Of a stretch of 64,000 nucleotides of DNA, positions 47,140 to 57,057 are shown one piece after another (position 1 is the first letter of the stretch; every line of letters starts with the position of its first letter). The notes beneath the pieces are model-generated. The model saw only the letters and a program-made list of their open reading frames with translations. It ran no database searches and was not told where the DNA came from. Both the position numbers and the translations under genes were made by a program. Source of the DNA: an uncultured Gammaproteobacteria bacterium (lineage in GTDB: Bacteria; Patescibacteriota; Microgenomatia; Levybacterales; UBA12049); assembly GCA_964653195.1 (NCBI GenBank), contig CAZZCX010000003.1:11688-75687 (forward strand). The letters run 5' to 3'.

Positions 47140-47229
47140 AGGCTTTGATTATAGCAAATTCTATATTATTTGACACTTTTAATAACCCCCGTTATTTACT
47201 AAGATAGAATAAGTCAGGCAGATTTATAT

Positions 47230-48396
47230 ATGTTATCTTCTTATAATTATAAATTAATGCCTGAGAAAGAAAGCGAATCTACTTACTTATCTGCATTAGC
47301 TAAATTAGCATACCCAGTGAATAATATCCTTTTGTATTATGCAGGTCTTCCCTACTATTCTTATAATTTTTCAAGAGATAGTATTCTCTCGGCTATTCTA
47401 ATGCGTGACCCCTTAATGCTGCGTGATCAATTAGTTTTTTCTGCATTATTACAAGGCACAAGAAAAGATCCATTATCCGGTGAAGAGCCAGGAAAAATAT
47501 TTCACCAGATACCCAGTGTCCGTCAAAATAGATTATCAACAGAATATAACGCTTGTGATACAACCGCACTTTTTATTATTGGACATGAGGCATATCTAGA
47601 TATGACCAATGATTATCAATTTATAAAAAAACAAAGAGTGTATCTAGAGAAAGCAGTTGATTACATTTTAAAGCATCTTATGAATAATCTTTTTGTAGAA
47701 GATCCTAAGTTTTCAGATTCAAAACGATTTGCATTGAAAGTTACTTATTGGAAAGATTCTCAGGCACCAAACAGAAAGCATGGGCTACCAATTTATCCAG
47801 CAGTTTTTACTCTTGCTCATGTGCAGAATATGAAGGCTTTGAGAAGCGCTGCGAAATTGCTGGGTTTTAATGATTTGGAGACCAAAGCGTTAGAAATGAA
47901 AAGACATCTGACTATTCTTTTTGATGAAAAGCAAGGTATATTTGCTAGTGGCGTAGATCAACGAGGCTTTTTTCAAGGAACGAGCTCTGATAATCTTCAT
48001 ATGCTTTATTATCTTGATGAATCAGATATTACGAAAGAGAAAGTAAAAAGAATTTTGGAGAATTCTGTGAATTTAGAAACGCCATTAGGATATATGACCT
48101 TTAATACTGATAACGCTTCAACTGACCAGGATATCACCCATCATACCAATTATCACACTAATACAGTTTGGCCTTTCGAACAAGCATTTATACATCAGGC
48201 TGCTTTAAGATTCGGACTTGATACAGTTGCTAGTATTAGTGAAAGAATTTATCCCTATATTAAAGTTGATTTTCCAGAGCTTTTTCATTTAGAAAACGGA
48301 AGACATTATAAAAAAGGTTGTGATATACAGTTGTGGACTATTGCTGCAAGTATTTATTTTGCAAAATATTTTCAAAGCACAAATTCTTCAAAATGA
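47230..48396 (+). CDS. (alpha/alpha)6-barrel glycoside hydrolase, glycogen-debranching (amylo-alpha-1,6-glucosidase)-like
   Basis: Segments resemble the GDE_C/GH15-like toroid (NACDTTALFIIGHEAYL, TYWKDSQAPN, WPFEQAFIHQAALRFG). Confidence 0.45.
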   Translation: MLSSYNYKLMPEKESESTYLSALAKLAYPVNNILLYYAGLPYYSYNFSRDSILSAILMRDPLMLRDQLVFSALLQGTRKDPLSGEEPGKIFHQIPSVRQNRLSTEYNACDTTALFIIGHEAYLDMTNDYQFIKKQRVYLEKAVDYILKHLMNNLFVEDPKFSDSKRFALKVTYWKDSQAPNRKHGLPIYPAVFTLAHVQNMKALRSAAKLLGFNDLETKALEMKRHLTILFDEKQGIFASGVDQRGFFQGTSSDNLHMLYYLDESDITKEKVKRILENSVNLETPLGYMTFNTDNASTDQDITHHTNYHTNTVWPFEQAFIHQAALRFGLDTVASISERIYPYIKVDFPELFHLENGRHYKKGCDIQLWTIAASIYFAKYFQSTNSSK

Positions 48397-49694
48397 ATTT
48401 GGGATGGATGGACCCCGGAAGATTTTAATTCATTAGTTATGTTTTTTGCCATAGCTTTGGGTCCGCAAATATAAATATCAAATTCCATAAGATTACTTAC
48501 GTATTGTTTGATTAAATTTAGATCAATCCTGCCCTTTATTCCTTTGTACGTTTCCTCCCTGCTGATAACATAATAAATAGGAAATTTATATTTTTGTGAA
48601 AGGCTATCGAGTTCTTTTTCGAAAATAATATCAGATGAAGTTCTATTAGAATAAAAAAGTATTTGTTGTTTGTTGTTGCCAATACTTTCAATTATTGAGC
48701 GTATAGGAGTGATGCCAACTCCAGCTGCTATAAAAAGTATTTTATCTTTCTTCATGAATCTTTCCGTGAATGCACCATGTGGTCCATCGATAAGCAGTTT
48801 TGTGCCAGATTTAATTCTCATTAGTTTTTCTGTGAAATCTCCTTCTTTCTTTATTGTAATTCTGATAAATTCCCCATTTGGTATACTTGAAAACGAGAAA
48901 GGATGCGATTCCTTGCCAAGTTCTTTACTCAGAAAACGGACGAATAAAAATTGTCCTGGCTCAAAGTGAAAGCTATTCAAATCTATACCTTTTATAAAAA
49001 GAGAAATGGTATCATCCGTTTCTTTGCTAACTTTGTCTATATAAAAGCGATGTTTCTTAAATCTTAAAATTAATACTATAAAGCGTGTATAAATGGTAAT
49101 TGCGAAAACTATGAAATACATTAAATACCAATAATAAGAAAACCATTTGTTAACTAGAAAATCAGTTCCTACTGAAAATTGGTGGAAAAATGATAAAAGC
49201 ACAGCTATATAAACTGCTAAGTGGACGATATACCAGAATTCATAACGGAGTCTATTTCGCACGATATAAATCGATGAAAAGATGATTAGTAAAAAAGTTA
49301 TATAACCTATAAACGCAAGCCAGACATTTTCATATATAGTTATAAATTGAATGTATTGAGATATTGGATTTATTTTCCCTTGTATAGAATATCCAAGTGT
49401 AAGAAGCATTGGATGTGAGATTAAAAATACAGCAAGATACAAACCAATTTTTTTATGAATTTTATTCAATAATTCGTATCCGAATATTTTTTCAAGTGGC
49501 ATAATTCTTCCTCGAAGCACGAATTGAATTAAAATAAGATAAACAGTAATGAGGCCCATAAGTCGGCCTAAAGATATAAGTATTGATGCAGAAGACGTAA
49601 GATCTAATCCCGTTGTAGTTAGCCAAAAATATACAGTAATTATTAAAGGAGTCGCAAAAATGACATAAGTGATCCGTCTATTGATCATATTCAA
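48372..49694 (-). CDS. Ferric reductase / NADPH oxidase-like membrane flavoprotein (FRD transmembrane domain plus FAD plus NAD(P) domains)
   Basis: N-terminal polytopic region with His residues. FAD motif HPFSFSS (HPFT-like). NAD(P) motif AAGVGITPIRS. A C-terminal CGP. Confidence 0.7.
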   Translation of the reverse strand: MNMINRRITYVIFATPLIITVYFWLTTTGLDLTSSASILISLGRLMGLITVYLILIQFVLRGRIMPLEKIFGYELLNKIHKKIGLYLAVFLISHPMLLTLGYSIQGKINPISQYIQFITIYENVWLAFIGYITFLLIIFSSIYIVRNRLRYEFWYIVHLAVYIAVLLSFFHQFSVGTDFLVNKWFSYYWYLMYFIVFAITIYTRFIVLILRFKKHRFYIDKVSKETDDTISLFIKGIDLNSFHFEPGQFLFVRFLSKELGKESHPFSFSSIPNGEFIRITIKKEGDFTEKLMRIKSGTKLLIDGPHGAFTERFMKKDKILFIAAGVGITPIRSIIESIGNNKQQILFYSNRTSSDIIFEKELDSLSQKYKFPIYYVISREETYKGIKGRIDLNLIKQYVSNLMEFDIYICGPKAMAKNITNELKSSGVHPSQIHFEEFVL

Positions 49695-49721
49695 AAATTA
49701 TAAATTTTGTATTTGACTATA

Positions 49722-50159
49722 TTAATTAGAACAATATTTTTCAATCGCTTGGAAATCTAAACCAAAACTATTTTTGCTGAATTCGACGACACCTAAGCTT
49801 TGAGGGACTTTGCATACAACAGATAAAACACCGTCCCAGTTTGGATTTTCTATTTCTCCTCCATATCTTATGAGGCATAAATTTCCCGATTTTCCCAAAA
49901 CTGCAATTGTTACTGATCCAAATTCAAATCCTTTACTTTTTTTATCTTGGGAACAAGTCGTAAAATTAATCGATATATTATCATTTATTTCTTTTATGGT
50001 CTGCTTTTCAGAAAAGTCAGGCTCGATAAAGATAGCACGATCAGCACTATATTTATAAAAATATAATATGCTCGTAAATAACAGAATTCCGATTAATATA
50101 ATAATTATTTTCTTATTAAATATTTTTGAAGATATTTGTTTATTTACTTCCCATTTCAT
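49722..50159 (-). CDS. Hypothetical membrane-anchored protein
   Basis: An N-terminal TM (IIIILIGILLFTSILYF). No recognised domain. Confidence 0.3.
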   Translation of the reverse strand: MKWEVNKQISSKIFNKKIIIILIGILLFTSILYFYKYSADRAIFIEPDFSEKQTIKEINDNISINFTTCSQDKKSKGFEFGSVTIAVLGKSGNLCLIRYGGEIENPNWDGVLSVVCKVPQSLGVVEFSKNSFGLDFQAIEKYCSN

Positions 50160-50323
50160 GACATCAGTATATCAAATATAGTTAGTTATACTTAAAAGTT
50201 TTTTAAGTGGAGGTGAAAGCTTTAGAGTTTTTAGTTCATTTACAGCAAACCATTTTATTTCGGCAAACATGTCAGCAAATAATGTAGACTCTTCTATTGC
50301 TTGATAGTATTTTTTTAACTACG

Positions 50324-50815
50324 CTAAATTTTTAGAAAGTATCCTACGACTAATCCAATTGCTGTAGCCATTGCTCCTATGATAAAAAGCTCAATGGCAC
50401 TTCTTATTGGTTTATCTTCGACAATTTTTCCTTTTATATATCCAGTTATAAATAGGCCGATAAATGCAAATAGGATACTAATTACTCTTGTATCTGTAAA
50501 GTTGAATAAAAACAATGGACTTATCGGTATAAGGCCTGCCAGAAGATAACTTATAAACATTATGATAGCACCAAGTATTAGACTATCGTTGTGCTTGCCC
50601 GTTTTATCCATTTGGTGAACCGCTTTTTCTGAAGAATATTGGCCTGCAGCCATAGATGATGCTTCGACCATTACTGCAACCAAAGCAGCTAAAATTATTA
50701 TGTCCTTGTTTTGTACTCCGGTGCTAATTCCTACTACGACTCCAGTAGTGGAAACTAAACCATCCTGTAGACCAAATAAACCACTTCTTAGATAGTCTTC
50801 ATGTATCTTACCCAT
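50324..50815 (-). CDS. VIT1/CCC1-family iron/manganese transporter (membrane domain)
   Basis: GLFGLQDGLVSTTGVVVGIS matches the VIT-family DGLVS motif. Multiple TM segments are present. Confidence 0.55.
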   Translation of the reverse strand: MGKIHEDYLRSGLFGLQDGLVSTTGVVVGISTGVQNKDIIILAALVAVMVEASSMAAGQYSSEKAVHQMDKTGKHNDSLILGAIIMFISYLLAGLIPISPLFLFNFTDTRVISILFAFIGLFITGYIKGKIVEDKPIRSAIELFIIGAMATAIGLVVGYFLKI

Positions 50816-51455
50816 ATATATTTTACTATCATTTACAATTTTGATTTTACTATATCCAAACTATATCTGTCTAGTTTGGTTACTTTACATATTGGTAATT
50901 TATTCAGTTTGGGAGCTATACAAGTATATACCGATTTTTTTATCTGTAGTGGGAAAATATATCTATCTCGATGAGATTCAAATGTAAACTATAAAGATGA
51001 AAGATAAAAGTAGTTTTAACTATTTTTGCTTCTTTGGCTTTTTCTTCTCCTTCTTTCTTTTTTGATTATTTCTTTCGGCCATATATTCAGTATATAATTT
51101 CAAAACAAAATTGCAAGTACTATAACGATTTGATGCAGAATCTTGTCCCCGAATAAATAAAAGCTTATTATATTAGCTTCAATATCGTGCATGCGGTAGA
51201 ATTTGTCACAAATATCTTTTTAAGTGCCTAGGTTTTCAGTTCGCCTTATTTATATAGTTAAACAATGAGCGATCGTAGTGTGTCGAATTGCTGAGGCTAC
51301 CGGTCTGGACCCTTTCAGTCCTTATAACTCGCTCAGAAATTGTATCATCTCCAGGCTAAATGAGACAAATAAGACACCTAAAAAGGGGTGTCTCAAAAAA
51401 TCAGTCCGATTTATCCATTCAGTATCTGTTATACTGTTGGATAAGAGGTAATTTT

Positions 51456-51857
51456 ATGCTAAAAGGATTTAAGGATTTTATATTGAAGGGAAACGTTGTT
51501 GATCTTGCGGTAGCTGTCGTCATTGGTGTGGCTTTTGGTAATGTGGTGACAGCCATGGTCAAAGATTTAGTAACCCCATTAATTGGGGCTTTTGGCGGGA
51601 CACCTGATTTTTCTAATATATCTTTCACTATCAATAATAGTAAATTTATGGTTGGAGATTTTATTAACTCACTCATCTCCTTCCTAATGATTGCTGGGGT
51701 AATTTATTTTGCCGTGGTAATTCCGATGAATAAGCTGATGGAAAAGATGAAAAGCGGTAAAAGTGTCGATCCGACGGAAAAAGCTTGTCCCGAATGCCTA
51801 AGTCTCATACCCATTAAGGCTAAAAAATGTAAGTTCTGTGCTTCTGTTGTACGGTAA
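51456..51857 (+). CDS. mscL: Large-conductance mechanosensitive channel MscL with a C-terminal CxxC...CxxC extension
   Basis: MLKGFKDFILKGNVVDLAVAVVIGVAFG is canonical MscL. AAGAGG lies 8 nt upstream of this ATG. The track ORF start at 51360 is probably an upstream extension. Confidence 0.8.
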   Translation: MLKGFKDFILKGNVVDLAVAVVIGVAFGNVVTAMVKDLVTPLIGAFGGTPDFSNISFTINNSKFMVGDFINSLISFLMIAGVIYFAVVIPMNKLMEKMKSGKSVDPTEKACPECLSLIPIKAKKCKFCASVVR

Positions 51858-52111
51858 CTAACTCAGGTTAAACTATTATATCTTCCGGATATCATATGCC
51901 CAGTGTAGTAATGTTTGGCGCTGTTTCTTCCGGCAAGTTTCATCAAATGGTAGACTGTTATTTTTAATTTGAGCTATGTAACGCACCATAGCTTTCCACC
52001 GCTTGATTTGCCGTAGAAGTTCTTGGCTACCAATACCAGTCAGACAATATCGACAGCAAGAAAGGTAATAAACGAAATTAAGTAGAGTTTTAAAAACATA
52101 TCATTTCTGGT

Positions 52112-52891
52112 TTAATTTTTAGACTTATTAAAAAAAACTAATTTCCCTTCCGCTAGGATAAATAATCCGATACAAATCAAGACGGTAGTAATGACCGGAG
52201 TGAATTGGCTGGCAAAAGTGGAAGTGTGTTTAATCCAGATCCCAAAATATGCCCAAATCAATACTAACCCATAGGCTTTACTACTATCTTTAAGCATTCT
52301 TACGAGACCTATAGCAGCGCCAACCAAGAGAATAATCACCATCCACAGCTGATTGGTCAACCCGAAGCCGTTCCAATTAATACTCACTAAAAACGTCGTA
52401 ATGTTGGCAATGGTAGCTACCGTAATCCACCCAAAATAGACGCTAAACGGCACCCTAATAAGAAAGTTTTCCTTTGTTGATAAGTGCAGTTGTTTGGTAA
52501 TATCAGCAATTTTAATCAGACAATAAAGAATCACCAGCATGAAGATCACTGAAATACCAATCTGGTGATAATGCCAGGAGAAAATCCACAGTATATTTGC
52601 AAGCGAACTGGTAATGTAATAGGTATTAATATCTGTAAATACCCTGCTCGTCGAAGTTAAGATCTTCTTTGGAAATATCCCTGTCTGATAAATCGTATAG
52701 GCCGCCAGCAGTGCATAGATCACTCCCCAGATTGAAAAGGTTAAGGCAGCGGGAGCAAACAGGTTTGGATACGAGTTAGACACATCGCCGGTAGTCGTGT
52801 TATTGATTGGCAAAATATTAGCCAAGGCATTAACAACGACCATACCGATGAATGTTATGACTGCCAATATTGTTTTAGTCTTATTATTCAT
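52112..52891 (-). CDS. TspO/MBR-related polytopic membrane protein (long form)
   Basis: LFAPAALTFSIWGVIYALLAAY resembles the TspO first-helix motif (PxW.F..vWt.LY). Confidence 0.4.
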   Translation of the reverse strand: MNNKTKTILAVITFIGMVVVNALANILPINNTTTGDVSNSYPNLFAPAALTFSIWGVIYALLAAYTIYQTGIFPKKILTSTSRVFTDINTYYITSSLANILWIFSWHYHQIGISVIFMLVILYCLIKIADITKQLHLSTKENFLIRVPFSVYFGWITVATIANITTFLVSINWNGFGLTNQLWMVIILLVGAAIGLVRMLKDSSKAYGLVLIWAYFGIWIKHTSTFASQFTPVITTVLICIGLFILAEGKLVFFNKSKN

Positions 52892-52994
52892 AAATTTCTC
52901 CTCTGAAATTCAGGAAGAAATAGAATTCTTCTCTTTAATAATACCACAAACAACACCTTCCCCATGATGGACTTAAGTCTGAATTATCCTTAAA

Positions 52995-53402
52995 TTATTC
53001 AGTCGTCACTCCGTCAAACTCTTCCTCGTTTGCAATTGCATCAGCTTTCGTTGCACGTACTATTCCATCTTTGTGATGAGCTGGACTATAGATGGTATAC
53101 ATCTTTAATTCTTCAGTTGCTGAGACATTGATAATGTTATGCTTTGCCCCTGCTGGAATAACGATAGCATCTCCATCAGTAACAGCGTATTCGTTGCCAT
53201 CAATGAAGCATTTTCCCTGTCCCATCTCAAAACGGAAGAACTGGTCATTGTCGGGATGCGTTTCCATACCGATTTCTTCATTGGGTTTAAGGGACATGAG
53301 CACTAACTGACTGTGTTTTCCGGTGTAGAGTACTTTACGAAAATTGGTATTTTCGCGAGTCGCTTTTTCAATATTTATGTTAAATCCTTTCATACATATC
53401 AC
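52995..53402 (-). CDS. Cupin-domain protein
   Basis: The conserved-barrel pattern GMETHPDNDQFFRFEMGQG...GDAIVIPAGAKHN (cupin motifs 1 and 2 with His ligands). Confidence 0.65.
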   Translation of the reverse strand: MICMKGFNINIEKATRENTNFRKVLYTGKHSQLVLMSLKPNEEIGMETHPDNDQFFRFEMGQGKCFIDGNEYAVTDGDAIVIPAGAKHNIINVSATEELKMYTIYSPAHHKDGIVRATKADAIANEEEFDGVTTE

Positions 53403-53407
53403 CTCCT

Positions 53408-53854
53408 TTATTTATTTAAATACGTAATAGTAACTTGTAAAACAGTTGCAAATAATACCCACAAAAGATATGGAACTTGAATGTAGGCAATCCACCGCGC
53501 ATGAGGAAAGATTGCCAACATGGCCCAGATCAGAGTTATTAAAACAAGTAAGATATCTACTGAAGCAAGAAGATTATTCTTCAACCCAAATTGCAGTGGG
53601 GTAAATAAAGCATTAAATATAAGGTTTAGGATAAATGGCAGGGCTACAATGAAGGCGACTTCCTTTTTCCAGGTCATCCAGAATACTTTGCCAAAAGAAA
53701 TAGCGATCAGAATATAGAGAAATGTCCACACCGGACCAAAAAGCCACGAGGGAGGTGACCAGGAGGGTTTAATAAGTTTTTGATACCAAGAATATGTGTC
53801 TATATGCTTATATTGTACTCTGTTTACGATTATTTTATCTGTAAGAATCATCAA
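53408..53854 (-). CDS. tspO: TspO/MBR family tryptophan-rich sensory protein
   Basis: KPSWSPPSWLFGPVWTFLYILIA is the canonical TspO motif. It is 148 aa with five TM helices. Confidence 0.75.
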   Translation of the reverse strand: MMILTDKIIVNRVQYKHIDTYSWYQKLIKPSWSPPSWLFGPVWTFLYILIAISFGKVFWMTWKKEVAFIVALPFILNLIFNALFTPLQFGLKNNLLASVDILLVLITLIWAMLAIFPHARWIAYIQVPYLLWVLFATVLQVTITYLNK

Positions 53855-53902
53855 TCAACTCTCACTCAACTCTAGACCTATAATACTCATTGACAACGAC
53901 AG

Positions 53903-53931
53903 TCCGTTTCTGTAATATTAAATTGTTCCTA
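53903..53931 (+). promoter_or_regulatory. Candidate sigma-70 promoter (TTGACA, 17 bp, TAATAT) for the ParB-MTase gene
   Basis: cattgacaacgacagtccgtttctgtaatattaa. Confidence 0.4.
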
Positions 53932-54045
53932 CAAAAAGGAACCGGTGTCGACGAGCACCGTTATAAATGACGCCTTAGGAAAGAACTTAGGAATTGTAAG
54001 TTTTTTCTCGAGGCGTTTTTTTATGGTTATAAGTTACAAAACATT

Positions 54046-55389
54046 ATGAATAACAAGATCCAAATCCAGTATGTTCCGATCAATAGCTTAAAATTTGCCG
54101 AATACAACCCTCGCAAAATCAGTGAGATAGATCTGGATGGCTTAGTTGCTAGCCTCACGGAATTCGGTACAGTTGATCCATTACTGGTAAATAACGCCCC
54201 GGGAAGAGAAGGGACCGTTATAGGAGGCAACCAGCGTCTTACTGCTCTGAGGAAGATGGGACATACGGAAGTTCCCGTAGTCTTTTTGACTATTCCAGAT
54301 CTTGAACGGGAGAAAGAATTAAACGTGCGGTTGAATCGGAATCAGGGAGAATGGGACTTTGACCTGCTGGCGAAGTTCGATGAGTCTCTCCTGAAGAACA
54401 TTGGCTTCTCCAGCGAAGAACTGGATAATATTTTTGATATTGATCCCACTCCTGAAATATTTGACCTTGAAAAGGAATTAAAGAAGCTAAAAATTGATAG
54501 TATCCAGACACAAAAAGGAGATGTCTACAAGCTGGGTGAGTCTCGACTCATGTGCGGCGACTCCACGATTGAGGCAGATATGTTAAAGCTTATGAACGGA
54601 GAGAAAGCTTATGCCTGCATCACTGACCCACCCTATATTTTGGACTATCTAAACGGCAAACAACGACATGGGAATCCCACCGTAGGATTTGGAGCCAAAA
54701 AGAATCGCAGATACCTAGAAACCGATGTGCTTCCTCCTGACTTTACAGAAAAATGGATGGCGAATGTTAATAAAGTTCAGGAAGAACACTTCAGCATCAT
54801 CGTATATGAAAACTGGAAAAACATTCGGATTATCTGGGGAGAGATGGAAAAATACTGGAAGGTTAAGAATATGATTGTTTGGCATTTGCCCAATCGTAAT
54901 CAAGGGTATGCGGCCAGCCACAAGTTTTTCTCAAAGCACGATATTGCTATGGTTGGAGCCTCTGCAGGTGTTGATGTCGAGTTCAATGATGAACCTGAAG
55001 AAGATGGGTTGCAGAACGAATATGAAACTGCCCTGTACGCAATATCGGGAAACCCTCAGTGGGAGGGATACAAGAAAGGAAAAAAGATCCAACCCACAGA
55101 CTTCATCGACTACAAAGCATCTGATGAGAAAAGTTCTGGACAAGGGATCATCTTTGGCACTAAGCCAATCGAAATCCTGATTCCCTATATCAAGGTACTG
55201 ACCAAACGAAACGATATTGTACTGGAACCGTTTTCAGGAAGCGGAAGCACTCTTATCGCTTGTACCAAGATGAAAAGACGTTGCTATGGAATGGAAAAGT
55301 CACCAGTGTATACAGAAGTGATCAAAAAACGATGGGAAAATCTCACCGAGAGGAAGGCTGTAAAAATTGACCAAACCGAAAAACTATGA
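54046..55389 (+). CDS. ParB-like nuclease domain fused to an N6-adenine/N4-cytosine DNA methyltransferase (beta class)
   Basis: The N-terminal ParB/Srx fold (GGNQRLTAL). MTase motif IV ITDPPY precedes motif I FSGSGST, which is the beta-class order. This is a phage-type orphan MTase architecture. GC is elevated. Confidence 0.75.
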   Translation: MNNKIQIQYVPINSLKFAEYNPRKISEIDLDGLVASLTEFGTVDPLLVNNAPGREGTVIGGNQRLTALRKMGHTEVPVVFLTIPDLEREKELNVRLNRNQGEWDFDLLAKFDESLLKNIGFSSEELDNIFDIDPTPEIFDLEKELKKLKIDSIQTQKGDVYKLGESRLMCGDSTIEADMLKLMNGEKAYACITDPPYILDYLNGKQRHGNPTVGFGAKKNRRYLETDVLPPDFTEKWMANVNKVQEEHFSIIVYENWKNIRIIWGEMEKYWKVKNMIVWHLPNRNQGYAASHKFFSKHDIAMVGASAGVDVEFNDEPEEDGLQNEYETALYAISGNPQWEGYKKGKKIQPTDFIDYKASDEKSSGQGIIFGTKPIEILIPYIKVLTKRNDIVLEPFSGSGSTLIACTKMKRRCYGMEKSPVYTEVIKKRWENLTERKAVKIDQTEKL

Positions 55390-55805
55390 AAAGCAAAACG
55401 ATTGTAAAACGACAACAAAAAGATAAGGAGGCAGTGATAGAAAACCTTAAGCGGATGCCGATTATCGAGATTGCCTGCAATAAAAGTGGCGTATCTCGTG
55501 CAACCTATTATCGGTGGAAGGAACAAAATCCGGCTTTTTCCCAAGCGGTTGATAAAGCACAGGAGGAGGGTGAAGCATTAATTAGGGATGTGGCGGTCAG
55601 TAAAATCATCAAGGGAATCAATGATGACAATTTAACGGCAGCCATGTATTGGCTGAACCATCGAGATCCCCGGTTTAGCAACAAAGTTGAGATATCGACA
55701 ACCACAAAACCTCAGGAAGCGTTATCTAAAGAACAGGAAGAGGTGGTCAAGAAAGCACTGGCATTAACTGGTATTAGCGAGAGTGACCAGAAAAATAAAA
55801 GTTGA
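55386..55805 (+). CDS. Phage-type HTH protein, probable terminase small subunit
   Basis: HTH segment CNKSGVSRATYYRWKE. Its position immediately upstream of the terminase large subunit and its overlap with the flanking genes support the call. Confidence 0.45.
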   Translation: MKSKTIVKRQQKDKEAVIENLKRMPIIEIACNKSGVSRATYYRWKEQNPAFSQAVDKAQEEGEALIRDVAVSKIIKGINDDNLTAAMYWLNHRDPRFSNKVEISTTTKPQEALSKEQEEVVKKALALTGISESDQKNKS

Positions 55806-57013
55806 AAATAAATATGGCTATATTACCTAATCTTATAAAACTACTTATGAGTGATCGCCGGATTCGGATCGAAGCGACCCGCCGTGATCTCTCACTATTC
55901 TTCAGTTTTTACTTCACCAAATATATTAAATATGAAATTGCCCCATTTCAAAACGAGATATTAAGACTCCTTCAAGATGTGCAAAACAGACAAATTGTGA
56001 TAACAGCGTTCCGTAACTCTGCAAAGTCTACCTTTTGCAGTCTCGTACTTCCGATTTGGTCTGTGGTTGGGATACACAACAAGAAGAATATTTTACTGGT
56101 CAGCCAAACTGACCCGAAAGCGGAGCAACTGCTCATAGATATCCGCAGAATGCTGGTTTCCCAGAGTTTACTACTTGATGATCACGGCACTTTTTACAGT
56201 AGTAATGACGAATGGAACAAGCGGACTTTAGTGATACCAAAATACGGAGCAAGAATTACGGCAGTATCTATTGGCGAAAGTATTCGTGGAATGAGACATG
56301 AAGAGAGTCGTCCGGATCTAATTATTTACGACGATATTGAAGATGTTCAGTCGGCCAAAACCCAAGAAGGTCGAGATAAACTGTGGGAAATCGTCACCCG
56401 TGAATTTATGCCACTCGGGACCAAAGACACACGACACATTTTTATAGGAAATTTAGTCCATCCGGATTCTACTATGGTTCGTTTGCGAGAACTAATCTAA
56501 AGCGGAAGAATGTCAGGGATCTATCGAGAATATCCACTTATTAAAGATGATGTAATTTTATGGCCGGGACAATTTCCTGATATGGATGCTATTGAGGAAT
56601 TCAAAAAAAGCTTACCAAGCGAGATTGATTTTTTACGGGAATACATGCTTCAAATTATTCCGGAAGGCAGTCGGCTTGTGTTTGCGAAAGATATCCAAAG
56701 ATATGAAGAAAATGATCTGCGTTCTCGATCCGACTTTCAAATGTATCTAATTTTGATTGATCCAGCGGTATCGGGAGAGAGAACATCAAAACATGATAAA
56801 ACCAGCATTATTGTTGTGAGAGTTTACGGATCAGGTGAAACAATGAAAATGTATATCAGCCCCAATCCAATTAATGACTGGCTTGAGTGGCCGCAAATCA
56901 TTGAAAAGGTTCAGAACATAGTTGCTTCATTTGGAGAATCCGCTACATTGAAATTGCAATACAATGCAAGTTTCTATAGCAATAAAAACATTCTAGTCGA
57001 TCTTGGAATGTAA
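55802..57013 (+). pseudogene. Terminase large subunit remnant. The ATPase domain is intact to 56497, an in-frame TAA lies at 56498-56500, the frame continues to 57013, and the nuclease domain is truncated.
   Basis: A Walker A-like AFRNSAKST and a Walker B LIIYDDIED. After the stop, the same frame encodes LILIDPAVSGERTSKHDKTSIIVV (start of the RNaseH-like nuclease domain) and then ends early. Confidence 0.6.
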
Positions 57014-57031
57014 TAACAGATCTGTTATTTC

Positions 57032-57057
57032 AAAAACCCCTTTTAAAAGGGGTTTTT
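57032..57057. terminator. Perfectly palindromic hairpin flanked by A-run and T-run (bidirectional terminator)
   Basis: aaaaaccccttttaaaaggggttttt. Confidence 0.6.

Noticed and set aside
51360-51455. N-terminal extension of the mscL ORF (MRQIRHLKRG...)
   Set aside because: The canonical MscL N-terminus (MLKGFKD) begins at 51456 with AAGAGG upstream. The extension contains a hairpin (gacacc...ggtgtc) more consistent with a leader.
51930-52090. Short minus-strand coding-like fragment (…LTGIGSQELLRQIKRWKAMVRYIAQIK…) in the higher-GC island
   Set aside because: It is under 60 aa with no start or stop context that I could fix and no confident family assignment. It is possibly a decayed gene.
54027-54230. 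67-aa minus-strand ORF overlapping the ParB-MTase start. The same applies to 54290-54511, 54715-55143, 55284-55705, 57470-57679 and 57988-58194.
   Set aside because: They are antisense to CDSs with clear domain signatures.
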